In this document: positions 55,156-64,000 of the stretch, piece by piece
Numbering within the stretch: position 1 is the first letter of the stretch
How the letters are laid out: every line of letters begins with the position of its first letter
NCBI GenBank assembly: GCA_951406725.2
Contig: OX597821.1
Coordinates: 97,340,001-97,404,000 of the forward strand
Source: Octopus vulgaris
Lineage: Eukaryota
DNA length: 64,000 nt
Reading direction: 5' to 3'
Program-made: the position numbers and the translations under genes
Notes under the pieces: model-generated
The model's database searches: none
What the model saw: the letters and a program-made list of their open reading frames with translations, nothing else
What the model was told of the DNA's origin: nothing

Positions 55156-55472
55156 TCATCGTTTAACGTCCGTCTTCCGTGCTAGCACGGGTTGGACGGT
55201 TCGACCGGGGTCTGGGAAGCCAGGGGCTGCACCAGGCTCCAGCCTGATCTGGCAGTGTTTCTACAGCTGGATGCCCTTCCTAATGCCAACCAATCTGCGA
55301 GTGTAGTGGGTTGGTGCTTTTAACGTACCACCGGCACGGAAGCCAGCCAAGGCAGCGCTGGCATCAGCCACATTCGGATGGTGCTTTTTATGTGCCACCG
55401 GCACAGAAGCCAGTCGAGGCGGCGCTGGCATCAGCCACGTTTGGATGGTGCTTTTTACATGCCACCGGCACA
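55153..55472 (-). mobile_element. Family C element about 1 kb upstream of the Kv1 exon
   Basis: Close reverse complement of 37274-37703. Confidence 0.85.
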
Positions 55473-56499
55473 TATATACACACACACACATATAGGAAGG
55501 TGTATATGTATTTTTCTTTTAATTTATTGTTTTAAGCAATATATAATGTACAAAGGAAATAAAAATGATAAACTTGGGTGAAGTAGTGTTTTACAGTTAC
55601 ATTCGTATCTCTGGTGCATGTGTGTGTGCGTGTTTGTGTTTGTGCAAATGTACACATATGTATTCTTATAGGTGTATATGTCATATGCATGTATCTGTAC
55701 ATGTGTATCTGTATGTATTTATGTACATGTGAGCATGGGTATATGTTAACTACATTGATATGAAACTATCACATCCATTAAACCATTCAACCAAACCAGA
55801 AAATCAATGTTTATGTCACTGCATCCGGACACTGACACATTTGTCCGTCAGTTTGTCAGTCTGGCTACCTCTCTCCTTGCTCTCTCCTTGCTCTCTCTTT
55901 CACTCAAATGCATCTATCTATAATTCTAGTTTTCTCTCTTCCTCTTGACACTAGTACATCTATTTATCTATGTCTCACTCTACATCTTTCTATTCTCTTC
56001 TACACACTAACGTGTATATCTAAACCCCCCCCCTTTTTTTTACTCTCTTTCTGTCTGTCTCTCTCATTTATTTATCTATGACTTTTCACCTCCCTACTCA
56101 CCTTGTTCTCTCACTATCTCTTTCCTTCCCTTTCCCGGCCTTTCTCTCTTATTTCATCAATCTCTAACACTTTTTTTGTCCTTTACTATAATCTTCTCTC
56201 TCCCAATTCTTTGTTTCAGAGGACTGTTTTTCTGTATGGTACCTTGTTATTAACAGGTGGATTGAACCTCCACACTGTAACTCCTTTAAATCAAATGAAG
56301 TGGTCCAATGACTATTTGTTATGGGTACAACTCCACCCTGCTGCCACATCATTCCCATGATAGCAGTTTGAAACAGTCACCTCAGTTTTGTTATGATTTC
56401 TTGCTTTCTTATGTTGCAATGGTGATTATTAATATTAAATGTTATTAATTGTTATTAATGTTTCTGCAGTAATATCAACCACAATTGATTCTCTATATT

Positions 56500-56531
56500 T
56501 ATCATAACCTTCTTTCTTTCTTTTCTCACAG
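56500..56531 (+). promoter_or_regulatory. 3' splice site (branch-like CATAAC, polypyrimidine tract, CAG), phase 2
   Basis: ttctttctttcttttctcacag|G TCT CTG GAC lies exactly where channel-like sequence begins. Confidence 0.85.
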
Positions 56532-57963
56532 GTCTCTGGACTTAAAAAACCCGGATGAAGAGAACAACCAGTTGGATGCTGGTAGTGGCTCTCTTCGAAT
56601 GTACAAGCGGTCAGATCGTGTTATCATCAACGTAAGCGGGCTAAGGTTCGAAACACAAACACGAACTCTTAGTCAGTTTCCGGATACGCTGTTAGGTAAC
56701 CCTAAGAAGCGGAACCGCTATTACGACCCTTACCGCAATGAATATTTCTTCGATAGAAATCGTCCCAGTTTTGATGCCATCCTGTATTTCTACCACAGTG
56801 GAGGTCGTCTTCGAAGACCTTCTAATGTTCCATTGGATATATTCCTGGAGGAGATTAAGTTTTTCGAACTCGGCGAAGAGGTCATTGAAAAATACCGTGC
56901 AGAAGAGGGATTTATCAAAGAAGAAGAAAAACCTCTTCCCGAGAACGAATTCCAGCGACGTGTGTGGCTACTGGTTGAGCATCCAGAAAGTTCTACCCCT
57001 GCTCGTGTAATCGCCATAATGTCTGTCAGCATTATTGTTATATCAATCGTTACGTTTTGCTTAGAAACCTTACCGGAATTCAAACGATATGAACTACTCA
57101 ATGATACCATTATTGTAGATGATGCCATGCCAAAATTCGGCACGCCATTTTTCATCATTGAAACCGGATGCATAATATGGTTTACTATGGAATTGTTAAT
57201 ACGTTTCGCTTCCTGTCCTGTGAAATTGGATTTCTTTAAGGACAGTATGAATGCTATAGATATCGTGTCGATTATACCTTACTTTATTACTTTAGGGACT
57301 GTCATTCAAAATGATACAAATAGTCAAGACAAGCAAAACATGTCACTGGCTATTTTAAGGGTTATCCGTCTTGTGAGAGTGTTCCGTATCTTTAAACTGT
57401 CACGTCATTCCAAAGGGCTTCAAATCCTTGGTCAAACTTTGAAGGCCAGTTTACGAGAGTTAGGTTTACTGATTTTCTTTCTTGTCATTGGCGTTGTGTT
57501 GTTCTCCAGTGCGGTATATTTTGCCGAAGTGGACACCGAAGAGAGCCATTTCAAAAGCATTCCCGATTCCTTTTGGTGGGCCGTCGTCACCATGACAACC
57601 GTCGGTTATGGTGACATGTCGCCAATAGGCGTGTATGGTAAATTAGTCGGATCGCTCTGTGCTATTGCTGGAGTGTTGACTATTGCCCTGCCCGTTCCGG
57701 TCATTGTGTCGAACTTTAATTATTTCTATCACAGAGACACGGAATCTACTGACGACAAAGAAAGGTACCACCATGTAACGTCAGCGACGGGTTACTATGA
57801 TGAAAAGATAAGCTCTTATACATCGGAAGTTGAGTCTGATATAATGGAGATAGATGAAGCAAGTATGTACACGGAGAAATGGAAAGAAGGGCATATTAGC
57901 AATACGAATAATATAGGGTTTAATCATATCAAAAATAATCTAAGCATGCAAACCGATGTATGA
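56532..57963 (+). CDS. Kv1.1: Shaker/Kv1 voltage-gated potassium channel alpha subunit, large terminal coding exon (N-terminus on an unidentified upstream exon)
   Basis: The ORF has a T1 domain ([14 protein letters not shown]...[15 protein letters not shown]), S4 ([22 protein letters not shown]), pore ([16 protein letters not shown]), S6 ([22 protein letters not shown]) and a C-terminal PDZ ligand QTDV-stop. The first 15-16 ORF residues are intronic pyrimidine tract. Confidence 0.97.
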
Positions 57964-59639
57964 AATATGGAGTTTGCTGTTTATAAGAAGATAAAGAAGT
58001 AGAGGATGATGATACTGAAGCAAAACATGAAGATGAACTAAAATAGAATCTTCTGATGTCTGAAAGAAAGAAAAAAGAAAACTATTTAGAAAAGAAAAAC
58101 TATTATATTAAGTTTAAGAAAAACTATTTATTAATTAAATGCAGTAACATAAGGAAAACAGCCCTCATTGTGAATGACAAAAATGAGTTAAATTCAATAA
58201 TTAAATGGTGATTAAATAGAGGAATCAAAGACATATTTGGAAATTTATTTACAGAAAACCTAAACCGAAACGAAAATGATTAAAAAAAAAAATCAGTAGA
58301 ACCACTTTTCAGGAGAACTTCTGTTGTTATAGTTATTACAATTATAATATATCTTCCCTGTTGGTTCTGATTGTGTGAATCTTGCCAGAAGGAGTGACGT
58401 TGCCTTTCATTCCTTCGGTGCGATTCAATGAAGAATAAAAAACTGGAGCCGATTCTATTGACTATAACCACCTCTTACAAGACATTATATTGGCTTTTTG
58501 CCTAACAACAAAATCGATATTATTAAAATTCTTCCTTCTTAATGATACCGAGATCAAATCCCGCCAGGGTCAACTTTGCCTTTCATCCCTCAGGGGATCG
58601 ATAAACGAAGTACCAGTCATACCAGTGGTACACTGGAGTTGTAATCAACTTTACTCCCTTCCTACTACAGAAATTGGCCTTGTGTGCCTACTCAAAACAG
58701 ACTATGATTATTATTATTATAATTATTATTATTTGTATGCCCATTTTGCCTCCAGAGGTTAATTTTGCCTTTCACCCCTCCAGAAGAAGGAGAAATAGAA
58801 TTAGTACCAGTAATATACTGGATTCAATTTGGTCGACTTACCATCTTTCTCCTTACATCAAACTGGCCTTTTGCCTAAAACTAAAAAAAAAAATCATTAT
58901 TATTATTATTATTACTATTACTATTATTAATTATTCGACCATGCTACCGGGGTCGATTACTTTGCCTTCCATCTTCCGGGGCTTTCGATTAAAAACATGT
59001 ACCAGTAATACACTTCAATCAATTATATCGCCGCTATACTTAAACACTCTTTTAACCAAAAACATTTAAAAAATAATTTTAAAAAAATAAATGCAAAAAA
59101 AAAAAACACAGAAGCAAAATAAAAGAAAGAAAGAAAACTGGCCATGTGAAAATAAACTGAAAAACAAAATAACTACATTAAACAATAACACTAACAACAA
59201 CAGCAATTAGCAATAAGAGAAACAGCAAGAACAACTACAACAACAACGTCAACTACAGCAATACCTGCAGAGAAATGAGCAAGAGCAAAGACTAGGTACA
59301 TTATTACATAATGCCAATATAAAACTGGTTCTTTGTGTGTGCTTGTGTATGTATGTGTGTAAAAGCACAATAAAGTAATGAGCAACAATTATGCAGCAAA
59401 ATTAATTAAACAATAAAAAAGTTTCTTTCAAAAATGGGTCGCAGAATCGCGAAACAGACAGGTGTGGATTTCTTTATGACTTTTTTTTAATATTTTTTTT
59501 TTTTTTTCCCATGTGTTGGTCAATTCCATCATCATCTGCACATATTTTTCTCCCAGAATCTCTTGCATTCATCACAGCTTGAGGGATACTGTCTACTCAT
59601 TGAACTGGGACATTATTGTTGCAATATTTGTCCTTTACA

Positions 59640-59667
59640 ATATATATATATATATAAATGTATATGC

Positions 59668-59705
<38 letters not shown>

Positions 59706-60127
59706 GTGTTTATATATATTTATATACACACATATATATACATATATATATACATATTCATATATATATATACATATTCATATATATACACATTTGTATA
59801 TATACATATATGTATATATATATATATATACATATATGTATATATACATATATATATGTATATATATATACATATATACATATACATATATGCATATATA
59901 TACATATATGCATATATACATATATACATATACATATATGCATATATACACATACATATATGCATATATATACATATACATATATGCATATATATACATA
60001 TATATATTTACACATATACATGTATGTATATATGTGCACATACACATATATATATATGCACATGTTTACATATATATACATACATATATATATACATACA
60101 TACATACATACATATATGTAGTGCATG

Positions 60128-60158
<31 letters not shown>

Positions 60159-60180
60159 GTTTATATGTATGCATGTACAC
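59640..60180. repeat. Degenerate (TA)/(CA) microsatellite, about 540 bp
   Basis: Seen directly. Confidence 0.95.
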
Positions 60181-60380
60181 CTGTATTTATGTAATGTTAT
60201 ATATAACAAAAAAAATTTACATTAAACTAAAGTAAAATCAAGTAGATTTTAGTTGACTACATATCTAATAATCTTTGCCAAGAAAAGGTTGACTATTACT
60301 TCAAACTACCAGTTTACCAACTGTCTGTCAATGCCCGCTGAGGTGAAACATAGATATCCTTTGCTTACATTTTCCTTGTA

Positions 60381-60419
<39 letters not shown>

Positions 60420-61315
60420 AGTGACTTGACAAACAAAAGAAAGCCACTGGGAGTTACATGTATAGATCAAAACAGTTTGATTCAAATTCGTTGGTACTCT
60501 TGAGTTTCAAGAGTACTAACAAATTTTAATCAAACTGTTTTGATCTATATATATATTTCTTTCAAGGAAAACATAAACAAGGATATATGATATATATATA
60601 ATTACATACACATGCATGCACATATGCATGTAAACACACCCAAGAGTCATGGCATTTTCATAGATAAGAGAGAGCGAGACAAGAGGGAGAAGAGAGAGAA
60701 CGAGTGTTTGTTCTGACAAAAAAAGTGTGGTTAGGGAATTAATTAAAAGTAATCTTAGTATTTTAAAATTACTTATTAATTAAAAAGAAATCAAAAAGAA
60801 AAAGCACATATAATAGCAAAAGATGAACATTGGGATTAGCTTACAACTTCAAGAACAGCAACAATAAAAACATCAAGATAGATAGATTGATTGGTAGCTA
60901 GATAGATAGACAGATGGATAGATATGCATACATATGCGTGTACATGTATGCATATATATATGTATGTATATACATTATACGATAGTGTATATTTATATAC
61001 ACATAAGGAATCTACACTTAGGGTGAAGATTCAGCACATTAGAAAGCCACAAAAATAATGGACAAGATTCGACAGGAACAAAATTTGAAAATGAAAAACA
61101 TTTACCATTTCAAATTTGTGTATATAAATATACACTATCGTATAATTATGTGTATATAAATATACTTATGTGTATATAAATATACACTATCGTATAATTA
61201 ATATATAGTCTTTTTGACAAATTTTTTGCACGTTAGACCACTGGAATTGTAAATTTTGATTGAATAATTTAAATTTAATTAAATTCCATTCCCTTTTGAT
61301 ATGATGTATGTATAT

Positions 61316-61374
<59 letters not shown>

Positions 61375-61705
61375 AGTATGCATATGATGGAATAAGTAGG
61401 TCAAATGAAATTCCATTGATATTTATCAAATTGGTGAGCATTATTATGTCAAGGTGAGTCTGCAATATAGATTCATTTCCCTTCGTTTCACATGAAGACA
61501 CTAAAGCATCCTTCATTAACCCTCATGCCACTAAAACAATTTGTATACATACTTAGCAGTTTGACAAAAACAGACTGACAGAATATGTACCAGGCTTTAA
61601 AACAAAATAAGTACTGGGGTGAATTTGTTTAATGAAACCCTTCAAAGTCAGGCTCCAGCTAAGCTGTAGTCCATTGACTAAGAAGGGAAAAGAATAAAAG
61701 ATACA

Positions 61706-61740
<35 letters not shown>

Positions 61741-62034
61741 GAAGGGTGACCTTCAGTTCTGATACAAGTCACAGGATAATACCTAATGTACAAATGCTGT
61801 TGAAAATCTGTATTAACATTAGTATTTGATATTACTAGCATTAGACTGTCCCACAAAAATGAGGAGCAGTATTTGTTCTGGCTGTCTATGTTCTGGGTTC
61901 AAATTCCACTAAGGTCAACTTTGCCGTTCATCTTTTCAGAATTGATGAAATAAGTAGCAGTTGAGCCTAAGGGCCAATGGAATTGACTGTGCCTCTCCTA
62001 CAAAACTTCAGGCCTTGTGCCTATAGTAGAAAGA

Positions 62035-62072
<38 letters not shown>

Positions 62073-62163
62073 CATTATCATCATATGCACAGTGTATTGT
62101 TGGCTTGATAACTTTTTTAAAACTATTCACCAAAAGTTAGTACATATACATGTGTGCCTGTGA

Positions 62164-62194
<31 letters not shown>

Positions 62195-62254
62195 CACGAC
62201 AATAGATATATAAATACATGTGTACATATATATATATGTCAGTCCTTTAAATTT

Positions 62255-62292
<38 letters not shown>

Positions 62293-63087
62293 AAATTAAT
62301 ATACACAGTAGTGTGCAATGTTTTACCAAAAAGGTAAACTATAATTGTCACTAAATGCGACTAGGGTGTTAGAAACACCTCCATTGCTAGAAACAAGAGC
62401 TAAAATGCTCTACAGTATTAGAGCATTTTAGCTCTTGTTTATAGCAATATAGGTGTTTCTAACACCCTAATTATATATATATATATATATATATAAGAAA
62501 TTAAAATGACAAAGCAATAAGAAATTATTTCATGAACTTCAATAGCTTACAGCAGTTTCTTCAGTCATGAAGTGCTCTTCATGTTTGAAGCTCCAATGAA
62601 GTTATCGGGTGATACACAAGCATTCAATTTATGAGTGCATTGCATCTTATAGCTGAAGCAGCTTCAAGATAATAAAGTTCATGACAATTTCTTATTACTA
62701 CTTTGTACTTGACCGATACTTTGTTCTAAAGCATATGTACATTGAGTTCTAAGCACCAGGTTATTAGTATCACTATGCTAAATGATATATATGTGTGCAT
62801 GTGTGTGTTGATTGTTAAGAGTTTTAAAATGCCTGGTAGATAGTACTGGTACTAACTTTACCACAAACCACTGTCACTAACCATGTAAACATACTACTAG
62901 TTATGCAACATTATGACTGTGTTCTCTCTCTCAAATTTGCTATTAAACCTGTTTGTTTTTATAGATTCTTTTGTTTTGTTTCTTTTTTTTCTGCAGAGTA
63001 GAGTAAGTTACAATGTTTAATGTTACTTGAATTTAAAGTCTGAGCAGTTACATTACCATTATATATGTGTGTGTATATGTACGTATG

Positions 63088-63124
<37 letters not shown>

Positions 63125-63524
63125 ATACATATGTACGTACATACCTGTATGTACATGTACAGATTTATGCAAATGTATATATTTACATATATCTATATAA
63201 TATATAATATATTTATATAAATAAGGATAAGATGATTATTTAAATACCGATCTTATCAGGTGGCCAGCATGGGAATAAAAACCTTCAAAGGTAATGTGGT
63301 TTTAGAGTCAAGTTTTGGCTGCTATTTCCAGCGTGGTGGTATCTCTTAGAAACCCTAAATTATAATATATAATATATTTATATATTTATACATATATACA
63401 TATATGTAATATAATATGCAATGTGTTTATATGTGTATGTGTATGGGTGATCATACAGTGTATCTGTATTCATTCTATAGCATTACAGGCATTTTTACAT
63501 ATTTTATTTTGCATGCATACATAT

Positions 63525-63708
63525 GATTGATTGATTGATTGATTGATTCTAGTTTCAGCTTATGAGCTGTGGCCATGCTGGGGCACCGCCATTTGGTGTT
63601 GCTACTTGGTTTCACTTCATGGAGGCTTTCTAGCAACTGCTATTTGGTGCATGAGAGAGTTCGATGCAGCTGCCCTCATCTGCCCCTCCTGCCGTGAAGT
63701 TGGTTCAT
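63525..63708 (-). mobile_element. CR1-like LINE 3' end
   Basis: EPTSRQEGQMRAAASNSLMHQ..-stop, then ggcggtgccccagcatggccacagc...gctgaaactag and an (AATC)n tail. Confidence 0.65.
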
Positions 63709-63719
63709 ATATATATACA

Positions 63720-63769
<50 letters not shown>

Positions 63770-64000
63770 AACATACATACACACAACCAAACACCAATAT
63801 ACATTATTGTTTCCATTTTAGTATGTACCTAGTACCAATGAAAATTATTATTAGCAGAAATATTAGAGTATCTGAGAAAATGCCTTTAACTATTTTCTCT
63901 GACCCTATACTTTCTGAGTTCAGCTCCAGCTGAGGTCAACTTAGCCTTTCTTCCCTCCGGAATTAATAGCATATATTACCAATCAAATGCTGAGGTCAAT

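Noticed and set aside
56485-56531. ORF-track N-terminus [15 protein letters not shown]
   Set aside because: It starts at TTG and is the intronic pyrimidine tract before the acceptor.
56790-57173. 127 aa antisense ORF within Kv1
   Set aside because: It is a shadow ORF of the coding strand with no recognisable motif.
59513-60225. Long YI/HI-rich ORFs, and similar ones at 19231-19611, 30026-30794 and 44447-44854
   Set aside because: They are translations of microsatellites.
60320-60360. CTGTCAA..GCC/GGT..GAAAC hammerhead-like string, plus similar weak ones near 22875 and 62545
   Set aside because: Two or more core mismatches and no convincing stem I.

Overview
AT-rich, microsatellite-dense eukaryotic DNA, almost certainly from an octopus (inferred from the channel sequence and the SINE families). 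There is one host gene: a large terminal coding exon of a Shaker/Kv1 voltage-gated K+ channel (56532-57963, +) behind a strong phase-2 splice acceptor. It carries genomic adenosines at the codons I recall being A-to-I recoded in octopus and squid Kv1.1. The rest is probably intron or intergenic sequence built from nested mobile elements: several tRNA-derived SINE families, R4/Dong, RTE, L1/Tx1, CR1 and Penelope LINE fragments, mariner derivatives, piggyBac and hAT MITEs, and Helitrons. The most striking unexplained signal is about 15 type-I hammerhead ribozyme (HHR) motifs in several families of short, often palindromic, (TA)n-embedded elements. One sits directly downstream of a Penelope GIY-YIG remnant. 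The copies with complete catalytic cores all lie antisense to the Kv1 gene. Nearly all small ORFs in the track are microsatellite or repeat artefacts. Coordinates were read by eye, and repeat boundaries are approximate.
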